Assembly: GCA_964658305.1 (NCBI GenBank)
Contig: OZ210885.1
Span: 14,074,001 to 14,138,000 of the forward strand
Reading direction: 5' to 3'
Length of the DNA stretch: 64,000 nucleotides
From: Leptogorgia sarmentosa
Lineage: Eukaryota
The first letter of the stretch is position 1; each line of letters starts with the position of its first letter. Below, piece after piece: positions 24,895 to 37,000 of the stretch. A program made the position numbers and the translations under genes. The notes beneath the pieces were generated by a model. That model did not search any database and was not told the DNA's origin. It saw only the letters and a list, made by a program, of their open reading frames with translations.

Positions 24895-25732
24895 TTATTT
24901 TGTGTGCGTTCGAGACAATTGCTTTTTGTTTACATGATTATGAACTGCAGCGCGAACACGACCAAGGTTGTTTGCATTCCTAATGTCAGTCATCAGTTGA
25001 TTCTCATTTCGGACGATCGACAGCCAGCCAGCTTTCAACTTTGATCCTTTATTCATAGTCATCTCGATCCACATGTCCCAGGGAATTGACAAATACGCAT
25101 TACCCGTAATAGACTGGGCGAAGTTTGAACTGAAAAACTGGGTTTGTTCTGGTGGTAGTGACGAGAGCATTGCCCAAAAATGTGGAAGCCAGCGTCCATA
25201 ATTATTCTGATCGTAGATAACCATCCAGGGCATCATCTTGTGCAACGAAGTGAGGTACTCGACCCAATTGCATGTATGAACGGCATTTACGTTCATCATC
25301 AAGATCTCCACCATCGTCATAAAATCAACCCAGTAGCAGGCCATGTCTGTCCTCTCAATGTTTTCAAACATGCTATTGACGAGGGCATCTAAGGCTGGAT
25401 CAGATTCGAGTTCCTTGTGAGCACTAGCAAGGGTTTCTTGGGAGTTTTTCTTCGGATTGCGGAGTATTTCTATACGAGACAGCGTGAAAGCATCGAGCTG
25501 TAATCGATCATGAAGTCGTTTTAGGAGCATATGCATGAGTGCTTCCTACATTAACATGAAGCAACGAAGAGCTCGTCTATAATGCTTCCCCTTTAATGCT
25601 TGATCGACAGAACCCTCAGCAATTACACCAGCAGCAACTAAGACATCAGCTAGCTCGCTCCCTTGATGACGCTTGTATATAGTATAGATCATAGAACATT
25701 GAGTATGGAATGGACCAAGGAATGGAATTATT
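24895..25732 (-). pseudogene. Internal fragment of a second, diverged Academ-type transposase
   Basis: The minus strand reads IPFLGPFHTQC..GSVDQALKGKHYRRA..NYGRWL..PWDMWIEMTMNK, matching LGAFHTMC..SSVDQMLKGKHYNNA..NYARFL..PSDQAIEQTINR in the 34-40 kb element. Confidence 0.82.
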
Positions 25733-26822
25733 TATGGCGGGTGATGTGTGTCAAAATTCAATAACACACTTTGGCAATGGTCATGCAATATTTCACTATA
25801 TGTTTTGGATATTTTGTGGTAACACTGAAATATTCCTGGAAAGCAACAATGATTTATTAACAAAACATCGTTTGGCGTCTATGTTCAATTGTTAAAACGC
25901 TCAATATTTGGCAACAATCACATCATTTGTCAATGATCGTTCATTTGGCAACAATCCCATGGTGCATTGCGCCCCACTAGCAACACTTCGCGCCATTTTC
26001 AGTATTTTCGCGCATTACTGCCATAGCCAACATGGCCGAAGGTCAGAAAGGTTCCTCGTCCGCGTGCACTGGTGAAATTCATTCGTCTTTGGTTCAAGCT
26101 CGAGATATCATTGTCCAGCTACTGAATGGGGTGGCCAGTTCGCCACAAACCCAAGCCAATGCTGTATTGCCAAGACCCACCGAACCGGCGGAGTCCGCGC
26201 AGAATATGCAGCCATCAGTGACATCAGTAACCCGACCGGTTTATATGAATATTCATAATAATAGTAATGGCCATAGGCAAGGGCAAGACCGAGTAATCGA
26301 GGAGCATCGCCGGCTATTTGGATTTTCTGTTGGAACTGGCACAAAATCCACAAGTGGCAAACGAAGTCGGAACAAGGGAAAAAGCAGCAAGAAGGCGAAA
26401 ACGCATGCCTTTGTATGCCTTCGTAAGAGAAGCCAGTTTTGCTTACCATCCTCGCAAGAACGATACGAGCTGAAATGTACTGGCCTTGGTGAAAAGAAAA
26501 TCACAATTGAAATGGAAAACAAGGGCTTCGAAGAACTGTATAGAGTTCTATTGGAAGAGTTTCCACTTCTATCAAACGCTGGTGGGATCGACCTCATGCG
26601 AACTGGTTTTGGTCCAAACAGCAAGACCCTAGAAGTCATCCCAGTGCCTCATGATGTCACTGACAGCACAGATGATGCAGCATTTGTAAGTATTGAATAA
26701 TGTCACTGTATATTGTTAATATTATTATGTAGTAAAACATACAGTATAAATTGGCCAGTATTCATTCCTCATCACCGAAATCACAAGAATATTCCTGGTA
26801 AAGAATATTCCTGGTAATGACC

Positions 26823-27002
26823 TGTTATTATTATTATTATTATTATTATTATCATTATTATTATTTTTACTATTATTGTTATTGTTATTATTATTATTGT
26901 TTTTGTTATTATTATTACTATTGTTTTTGTTATTATTATGATTATTATTATGTTGTTGTTGTTGTTCTTCTTCTTCTTCTTATTATTACTTATTTCTTAT
27001 AT
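26823..27002. repeat. Compound (TAT)/(GTT)/(CTT) microsatellite
   Basis: Visible triplet runs within intron 1 of the HECT gene. Confidence 0.95.
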
Positions 27003-27082
27003 TAACTTAGCAATCGTGCCCAACTGAAGAATGCAAATCATGTCACAAGAGCATCCCAATTCTACAACTAAGAGCCCATATG

Positions 27083-30000
27083 CAGAGCTGTAAGTAACTT
27101 CGTTACAAGTAACGAAATTACAAGTAATCGTTACCTTTCTAAGTAACTGTAACGATAACTAGTTACATTTTGAATGACAAAGGGATGGAAATGCGTTACT
27201 CTACTGACCGTTACATTTCTCGTTACATTTTTCTTGTTTCAGCATTATTATAAATGTAATGCTTCGCGCTTTTTACAAAAATAAAATGAATATTTGCGAC
27301 ACTTTATTATCTGCCGTAACATGTCAAAGCTTTCAGCTTACGAATACCGGTGGATCAGTGCGGTGGATACATGAAGTTTTACTAGTGTTCATTTGCTGAC
27401 CACTGCTCACGGGCGCATATTTGGATGCATCTGTATCTTTTCAATTTTAATTTGGAATACGTATACGTAGTGCATATTTTGAATAAGTGTGATAAAGTAT
27501 GGATTCATGTGAACATCCTTGGCCATATTTGGCCGAGATGTTTGAATGCAAGTCCGTAGAAAATAAAAATGCAAAACTGCTTTGTTTGCTCTGCCAACCC
27601 AAAGCGAAAGAACTTTCATCAAGTGTTTCGTCACTTTCCAATTTACGAAAGCATGTTCAGGTACGCGCATGGTCTCTTTGCATAACTCAAGGACATATCT
27701 TTAAATTTAAAAAACGTCAACACTCTACTTTCCAATTTGATCATCTTTACACTGTGTGCGTGAAGCACTTAATTATTAGTACCATTTGACCTAGCTACGT
27801 GTGACGGAATGGTTTATCGCACTAACAAAGTTTTTACCGAAAGCACGTAGGCTGCCGTATAACTTTAATACTAAATACATAATACTATAGATAATACTAA
27901 ATACTGAAACAATTTGCAAAATATAGACTGAAATTATAAAATCATCCTCAATTTCAGCGAGTGCATCCACACCAATTGAATAAGTTCAATGAAATTTGTT
28001 CCACTTCTAATAAACGAAAGTCAAATGAGGTTTCCGAAACACCACAGAAACAAGCCAAGCAACAAAAAGTAGATGTTATGATAACAGGCGCTTCAAATGC
28101 AAATTTAGTATCACAAGCCAAAGTGAATGAGCTCGTAGTTGGATTTATTACTGAGGGACTGATGCCATTTTCGGTTGTTGAAATGCCATCCTTCAAGGCG
28201 CTAGTCACTGGTCTCCAACCAAACCGTTCCGTAATAAGTAGACCTACTGTCATGAAAAGGATCAGCGAGAAAGCAACTCTGGTTAAACAAAATATTAAAG
28301 AGGCAATGGCAAAGATTCAGCATGTTGCAACAACTACCGATTGCTGGACTGCTCACAGACGATCGTTTCTTGGAGTTACCTCACATTGGCTTGATGAAGA
28401 AACATTGGAACGAGAGAGTGCCGCTCTAGCATGCCTACGTTTGAAAGGTAAACATACGTATGATGTGTTAGCTGCAAAACTGGAAGACATTCACACAGAA
28501 TATGATATACAGGCGAAAATTGACATGACAACAACTGACAGTGGATCTAATTTTGTCAAGGCATTTTCCGTATTTGGAGCGCCGGCAACAGAAAATTGTG
28601 AACAACCAGATGAATCAAATGAAGTTGTATTTGAAGATGTTTCTGAAGACCTTACAAAGGCGGAGGACAGCCTAGAGTATCACCTTCCACCCCATCATCG
28701 ATGTGCTGCACACAGTTTAAACCTTGTTTCCACTGTTGATGCAGAAAAAGCTGAGGAAAATCCAGTGTATAAACGATTGAGCCTGGCAACGTTTGCTAAA
28801 TGCCAGTCTCTCTGGAACAAATCTTCCCGTTCTTCCCAAGCGGCAGAAGTTGTTGAAGATGAATGTGGTCTTGTATTATTGAAACCAAACGCAACCCGTT
28901 GGAACTCGGTATTTATGGCAGTTGAGCGCCTGGTTCGCATCATGAAGGATAAAGGCGAAAATACTGTTCAAAAACTATGTACAGAGTTTGGTTTGCCCAA
29001 GTAAGCATCGAATAACGTTAACATAGCTATTTAGAGTTATTATGCTTTATGCCGATGATTGGGCGTTTTTCTTTTTTTAGACATAATTGATAATTATTGT
29101 GCGTTTCACTTTTAATTTTGTAGATTTAAACAAGCCGAAATCCAGTTTCTGAAGGATTATGTCCATGTGATGAAGCCAATGGCACAGTCATTAGACATCT
29201 TACAAGGCGAAAAAAATCATTCAAATGCGTATATGGGCTATCTTGCGCCAACGGTATCACTTCTGACGGAAAAACTAGTCGAAAGAAGAAGCTCAACAAC
29301 AGGTTTGGAACCACTGATAGATGCTTTGTTGTGTGGTATTGATAAAAGATTCAGTTCCATTCTTAGTGATGAGAAAGTTATTGCAGCTGCCATTCTCCAT
29401 CCAAAGTTCAAGGAACATTGGACTAAAGACAAAGATTTACTTCAGAAAGGTAATGCTGCAAAAATTAATAAAATAATTTTACGGATCCATAGTACAATAT
29501 GCAAATGAACAATTCTGTATTTACGCATGTATTACTTACTCTAGGGACCAACTTTATCCATAAAAAACTAGTTGAATTGGCCATTATTGATGAAAATCAA
29601 GATGCAGAAGAAACTGCAAATGAGGATGACGACAATGAGTTCTTCAAAAGCAAGAAACGACCGAGCGCATCTGAGTTTGAGTTGTTTCTCGACAGTCCTA
29701 CAGATGAAATTGCTATCTACTCAAGATTTCCCAAATTGTGAAAATTGTTTATTGAATTAAACACACCATTACCTGTGAGCGCAGCATGTAAGAGGCTATT
29801 CAGTTGTGCTGGTCTGATCTTTAGGCCACATAGATGCTCGGTAAAAGATGACAATTTTGAAAATTCTCTTCTTGTTAAGTTAAACAAAAAATATTATTAA
29901 TGGGATATGGAAAACAGATCTATAATATTTTAATACCTGTCAGTTATGTTTAGCAAATGAGTAATAAGTAACAGTGACACTGGCAATTTTCAGAAGTGTT

Positions 30001-30286
30001 TCTTGTTGAATGTTTTCAGATAGTTGTTGTTAAGTTATCCAAAATTTGAAAGAAAACAGTACCATGAAAAAAATATTACAATAGTAAAACATAGAATTTA
30101 CCTTGCATGAAGTCAGAAAAAAACCCAAGGTAACTTTTCAAGAAGTTACACAAAATTTACTGTAACTTTGTAACGGTAACTAGTTACATTTATTCACTGG
30201 TAACTTTCACTAGTAACTAGTTCCTTTTTTAGCATGTAACTGTAACTGTAACTAGTTCCAAAAATAAAGTAACTTTTACAGCACTG
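27083..30286 (+). mobile_element. hAT (Ac/BED-finger type) transposon, full length, relative of the 6894-9875 element
   Basis: TIR CAGAGCTGTAA / TTACAGCACTG; 8-bp TSD CCCATATG (27075-27082, 30287-30294); GTAAC/GTTAC subterminal repeats. Confidence 0.96.
27499..29900 (+). pseudogene. Four-exon hAT transposase with BED finger, nearly intact
   Basis: Exons at about 27499-27660 (CLLC..SNLRKH), 27958-29001 (TTDCWT, TDSGSNF, CAAH, TRWNS), 29125-29449 and 29544-29900. Premature TGA at 29739, and SAACKRLFS where the ERLFS motif is expected. Confidence 0.88.
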
Positions 30287-32660
30287 CCCATATGATGGTG
30301 TGTGAGAGCACATCAACTGATGGGGTATGAAATGCAAGTACAGGTGGTTACATTTTTTATAATATAGGGCTTGAGTTTTTGGACCAGATTACATTATATT
30401 ATAGAACAATATAAAAACAGTCCTTTGCCCTTGAGGCAGAACCTTGACCCCAACATGACCTCATATGAAACCCAGCAATTAGGTGGCATTATTGACCTAC
30501 ATTTATTTTTTGCCCAGCTACTATTGATGTTAGGCAATTATGGTCCAATTGTTAGTAACTTGGTTTGAGAATGGCTTTGTTAAAGTATTGTATATTGAGG
30601 TATAGTTTGTAAAGTGGTGGTTTTATAAAGTGAATGTTGTAGCTTCTAGGCACAATTCTGACCAAATTGAGTGATGGGGTTGTGGGCTGATCTGTTTTGA
30701 GCAATATGTTTGTTGCCAATAGTTGTTGACTTGGTTTGGAATGTGGTGATAAAATTATAAGATATCACATAACCCCAGTACAAATTATATAGATTATTAG
30801 TGATTGGAAAATGTACAGCAAACATCTACTCGCTGGGTAGTGCTAACCTAAGTTTGGTAATTTTATGATGGTATTGGTACTAGTACCTGTACTCATTAAT
30901 TCATTTAGATATTTATCTTCATTAAATAGATTAGTTGAATAACTACATTTATCCTTATTTAACAAGATTTTGCAGATTTCTGATGATGAAGATCTTCCAG
31001 AGTTTTCCATATGTGGGTCATCTAGCACTACTGCACCCTCTCCTACTAGTGGGTCTACCATTTCTCAGGGTGTATCCCAAGTGAGTAAAATTTCTGTTTG
31101 CTTTTATATCTACTGTATGACTGATACATTCCATGACCATACCAGACTATATATTGTAATACATATACTGTACCAAAATGTGATTATTGATGGGTGAAAT
31201 CTAAAACCATATGAAGCTGTCAATATCCTACTTATACGTTTTTAACATATTTTTTTTCATAGGGGCAAGGCATAGATGAATTGAGGAATATATTTCCAGA
31301 TGCTCCTGCAGGTGACCTTGTTCAAGCCATGTTACAAGGTGGAAATGTTGAAGAAGCCATAAATATCTTACTGCCAGCAGAGGATGTGACAGTGGGTAAG
31401 CATATCTATTAACTATTCACAATTAACACTCATTGACTGACATCGAGGGCAACAGTGTGTTTTGTGGACCTAATAGAATAAAGTGCTTTAATAATAAGTG
31501 TCAACTGACAACAATTTCCAAACAGTTTCCGTCACTTTCTTTCGTCCACCTTTTGCTATTTTGCCCCAGCGGAAAATAAATGTAATGTTAACTGCTACCA
31601 TGGCAATTGGAAAGCAGGAAACTTGAGAATTGACACTTGGTATATAACAATGGCACATGTACTTTTCTGTCATAAATACATTTTAACTTACTGTATGATG
31701 GATACCCCATCTGCCCAACATTTCAGTGGCATAAATCTTATGGGCCCAAACTGGTAAACCCAGGTGAAGGGGCTCAAATATGTAATTATTACTAATTATA
31801 TATATATAATTATTACTTGCAGATCAACCTTGTAATGATGGAGAGGATGACGACCTTGACATCGTGATGACTAGGTTAAAGGAACCTTTGCCTGTTTGTG
31901 GCATTCACAGATTTTCTATTGATCACCAAGAGCTGTGGGAGGACAGTATTGCTGCTTTCAAAGATCCAAAATTCAACCCTACCCATCGCCCCAAGGTATG
32001 TTTTGAAGGTGAAGCCGGTATTGATGCAGGTGGTCTGTCACGGGAATTTGGAATCAGCTTGCGGCAGGAATTATTTTCAGCCAAAGCATGTTTGTTTGAA
32101 GGGCAAGATGGCAATAAGTTACCAATATATAATATAAATGGTATCCAGTCCAACCTCTTCTTCTTGGCAGGCAAGATGATTTCTTACCTGATTGTGCATC
32201 TGGATATTGGTGTTCCAGTTTTAAGCCCAGCGTTCTACAGTTACATTGTTAGCCAGGATATTGGTACAGCATCAGAATACTGTCGTGTTGCTGATGTGGC
32301 TGATTATGAGTTAAAAGAATGGATCAATCAGGTAAGAATGTACATACTGTACAGTCCACTTGACTAGTACTGTAGGCATGCACTTCTTGGATTGGCTATT
32401 GGGAATCACATTGTTATGCATACACAGTCTTGCACTCTCCTTTACTTTTTTGCTTCAAAAGGTGCATACTGACTCTAGTCTGGAACTCTTCCCCCAAAGT
32501 TGGAACATGCTAGGCACACACCCCCCATTGCTGATTAATACTGTCAGTATCTGGTTTAGGTAAACAGAGCAGAAACTATGGAGGAAGTCACTCAAATGAC
32601 ACAGGCCACTGAAATTATGGATGCACTAATTAGAGCTGGCTGGCTTTCAGCACTCACCAT

Positions 32661-33168
32661 CAGGGGTGTATATTCTTCAATGACCTTTGATTTCTTTCCC
32701 CCCCCTCTTTTTAGATTTGATTCTTTCCCTATATCTTTGCAACATCGGCCTGTATCTAATAGTATCTTTGCCCCCCCCCCCCCCGGCCAAAATGGAATAT
32801 AAAACAACTTAAAGAAGTCAGCTTATTAAAATTATTCATTAAATTTGCAATCTGTCATCTGTGGTAAAGCTTTTGTATTAATTTTATTTAAGTTACTTCC
32901 CACTAACATGAACAATTTACATTATACAATTAACCTTAACATTAATTTAGATGAAAAAACTCAGTGGCAGGTTCGCATTGTTGCGTTGAAAAGTGGAATA
33001 CTGATTTTCAAGAATCAAGTAATCAACCCAACAAAATTGTTCTCTTCTTTTCCCCCTGCCCTTCCATTTCACTACCCTTCTTTGATTCTCTTCCCTGGCC
33101 CTAACTCGGCCTTTGATTCTTTTCCCCCCCACCGGGTGGGGGGAATTATAGAAGAATATACACCCCTG
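32661..33168. mobile_element. hAT MITE (508 bp) inside a HECT exon
   Basis: 18-bp TIR CAGGGGTGTATATTCTTC; 8-bp TSD CTCACCAT (32653-32660, 33169-33176). Removing it restores ..SALTMENRD.. Confidence 0.95.
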
Positions 33169-34017
33169 CTCACCATGGAGAATCGAGACATGGCTTTACA
33201 AAACCTGATCCAGTATGAAGCTCTCACAAAGCGCAGAGAAGCCATGGATCAGTTTTGCAAGGGTCTGAAAACACTTGGCATCCATTCAGCTATCCAGGCA
33301 TCTCCTGAAGTGATGAAGGGATATTTTATTCAACAGCCATCACAGCTTACAGCTTTGAAAGTCCTTGGCTTGTTTGGTAATGTCAATTTGGTCCAACAAT
33401 GTGAGGAGGCAGAGAGAGCTCGTGGTTTTCTGGTTGAGTCTATTCACTCTTTAGAGCAAGGTATATTGCGCATGACTCTAGTACACAGTAAAGTAAATAA
33501 TGCTCTGATCACAGGTTACATCCAGTTTTGAACATAATTTACTGGCATAAAGTCTCAACAGTATAAAAATGTTAGGAAAAAAATGGTCTCTGGTGCTGTG
33601 TGGGCAGTATGCAATCAGTGGTACAGTATTATAAAGCTAAAAGTAGACCTGTGATAAACTGCCAAAGGTCATGTTTGCTTAAGTTTTAAGCCCTCCACAT
33701 TTCACTAGAAATGTAGAGCATGAGAGTTGAGGAAAACTCTCATGCAAACTCTCGCTTGCCAACTCTCATCAACTTTCATTGTCGTTTGATCCTGGCTTTA
33801 ACCATTAAATTGAGAATAATGTTCGTTTGATCCTAATTTTCTCATGATTTTTGAGCTTTAAAACACCCTATGCGTGTCGGGTTTAACAAACAATTACTAA
33901 AACAGTTGAGAAGGTTGATTTTAAAATGTTTTTATTTTGAATAAATTATTAGTGTAATTGCTTCTAACTAATTGAAATGAAATAGCTAACAGTAATTTAA
34001 ATATTTTTTCGGCGATA

Positions 34018-37000
34018 TAGTCAGGGAGGTGGTGGTCCAAAAATGAGTGTTCACTTACTTTTTCGAGGGGCAAATTTATTTTATGATAGATGTGTAGTTC
34101 CATACCTGATAATCATGGTTTCAGATGTTGTTTTCTTCATTTTTTCTTGTGTGAGGCAGTCAACATCGCTTTATGTCAGCTTGAAGCACATGCGAATGCC
34201 GCCATTTTGTTTACAAATTTTCTTCGAAGAAACAAGCCCGCGCTATTTTGGCCAGTGGGTTGCCAGGAAACTTCAAATAAGCAAATTTAAAGCGAAATAT
34301 TACTTACTTTCCACGTGTGGCATGAAAAGCAATTAAATTACAAAAAAAATTGTTGTAAAATCATTTAAAATCATAGAAACTTATTTTGTGTCGAAAAAGT
34401 TAGAATGGCGAAACCTATTGCGGTTAAAATAAATTTGACACCGCCTAAGAAAAAAAAGTTTATCTGCCTTCTTAATTCTAAGCATGACAATGACCAATGC
34501 ATTACGAAATTCAGCAAAACATCTCGTGAGGTAGTTTAAAAGGCAGCACAGTTGCGACATGATGATACCGTCACTTCTATTCTGGATTCTCTTGGGGAAA
34601 ACCTCTTTTCCTCTTGCTATGGATACCATCGAAAGTGCTACCAGAAATACACACACAAAAGGTTGCTGCAAAAGTTGCATGACGAAACAATCGAACCGGA
34701 GGAGTCAACTTCAACCGCTAGTACCGACACTGAAATTGCTGCTCGAGCTCCATCAAAAAGGACATGTCGTGGAGGTAAAAGGAGAAATTAGTCACAGTAT
34801 TTTTTGTATTACCAAAAAGATTAGTTTAATTTTAACCGGTTTTTTATTTTTTACGTTAACCATAGACAATTTGTTTATGCGTTATCGCATTATCATTTTA
34901 CGCGTTGCGTGTTGATAATTTGTAAATGTAGTTTTTATCGATAAGTCAACTATATCGTAATAATTCATGATCATATATAGGGAAAATTTTGGCTGATCGA
35001 GATTGCTGTATTTGCAAGAAAAAAAAGACATCTCGGAGCGGAAGCGGATATGAGCAGTTAGAGAAATGCGTGACTGAAAATGGCGCGCGAGCATTACAAC
35101 TGGCGGCATTGTGTGAAGATTTTCCTTTTTTGCAAACCGAAGTGGCTGGCATTGATTGGCAGACAATCGTCGCAAAGGAATATCATTACCATCGGTCATG
35201 TTATAGACGCATTGTCAGGAAGCGAGAAGCGAAGACTGCCGAAAAAAACGAAGACAAGATTATGAATGAAGTATTTAAGCATATCGAAGAAAAAGTTATT
35301 AACGATTGTGAGGTATTGCGGATCACTGACATTTCAAAAAAATACTCGGATCTCGTAGAGCAATCGTTTGGTGATGAAGATTGTGACGTTATAGTGCCGA
35401 AAGCTCAGAATTTAAAGGAGAAGCTTCAAAGGTTCTTCGGTAGTAAAATTGGTTTCTGGCGTCCGTCTTCCGGTAGTGAACTGTTATTTAATGATGGTGT
35501 GGAGAAGGGGCAGTTGGTAGAAGTGGCGGTGAGAGCAAAACTCGCGAACCAAAAATGGGAAGACAAATCTGCCGAAGAGAAAACAACAGAGGTTGCGCGC
35601 GAAATTCGTAAGGAACTTCTTGAGGCTCCACCTACATATCCTAGGTATGTTGCATATAGTTTAGAAAAGACGTCGACGTGTCCACTTTGCGGTATTACTA
35701 GTTATTAACACAAGCCATTGTAACCTTGATTTAAAATAAGCTATTTTAAATTTAAGCTTATGATGTGATGGCCTTACACAGCCAAAATGCCACATATTTG
35801 ATGCAAGTCGTGGAGATACCAGCCTGATGCAATTTGACAAGAAGTTGTATCAAACCTGTGGACTTCATCAAGTTGTGGTTTTTGGCTGTTTATATAGATA
35901 TTAGTTGAAATAGAATTACTTCTCCTCTTTTCAGTTGGCCACCATCCGAAAATGACTTCCTTTCCCGCAGAACGCCGATACCTAAGTTAACTAGTCGTTT
36001 GTTAGAGGGAATTCTCGTTAGAAGACCAGCAGAACAATCTCCAAAAGCAACTCGCTTAGTTTCTTCAATCGGCCAGGATCTTCTGTACCATACAAATAGC
36101 GGTAAAAAACAGACATCAAAGCACGCAACATTTTCATTTTTAATCAAGCGAAAGACAGGGTCAAAGCAAGTCGTTACCTGGACCAACAAGTTCGGACATG
36201 GGATTTCTTATAACGACGTCCTGGTTCTGGAAACGCATTTAGCAATGGAACATAGTAAAAATCAAATTCACAGGTCTTTCACTCCTTCCATCATCCAACC
36301 GTCCAGATTTGTCACGTTTGTTTGGGACAATAACGATATAAATCCGGAAAGTCTGAAAGGCTTAAGTCTGCATTGCACTAATGGGATAATAATACAGTCA
36401 TCTACACCTTCTGAACCCGTACCAGTACCTGCACCATTACCCGAGCCAGATTCCACACCTCTACCATCAACGGTTATTTCGACAACTCAAGCAAGGAAGC
36501 CGAGGTCCTTTCAGCCTATGGTTAATGAGATACCTCCATACATCCAGTTTAAAAGAAAGAATACCGAGAGTCAAACTGATGTTGCACTGAATTTGTACAG
36601 TAACGAGGTGGATCTTTCCCACGCGATTGATACTCTTTGGGTTATCGCCAGGAGCCAGGCAAGCAAGAATGGTAGACAACAAACTATACCTAATTGGACC
36701 GGATATAATTATTTAGTGTGTAACGATGACGACAACACATTTCACAGGATTGGTTATTTGCCATGCAACAATCAGTCCCCAACATCACACGATACCGTTC
36801 TCGAACTCCTCTCGCAGTCCAAGCTGAAAGCGGAGAAACTACAATTGGCAGAAACCGACGTTGTTCTTGATATGGCAATCTACGCCAAAGCTGTCGAGAT
36901 TTTGATGAATCCACGATACATCGATCTGAAAAAGTTCATTGTACTACGCCTTGGTGCCTTCCATACCATGTGCATCTTCATTGCTGTCATTGGGAAACGC

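Noticed and set aside
26817..27005. Poly-Tyr ORF
   Set aside because: Translation of a (TAT)n microsatellite.
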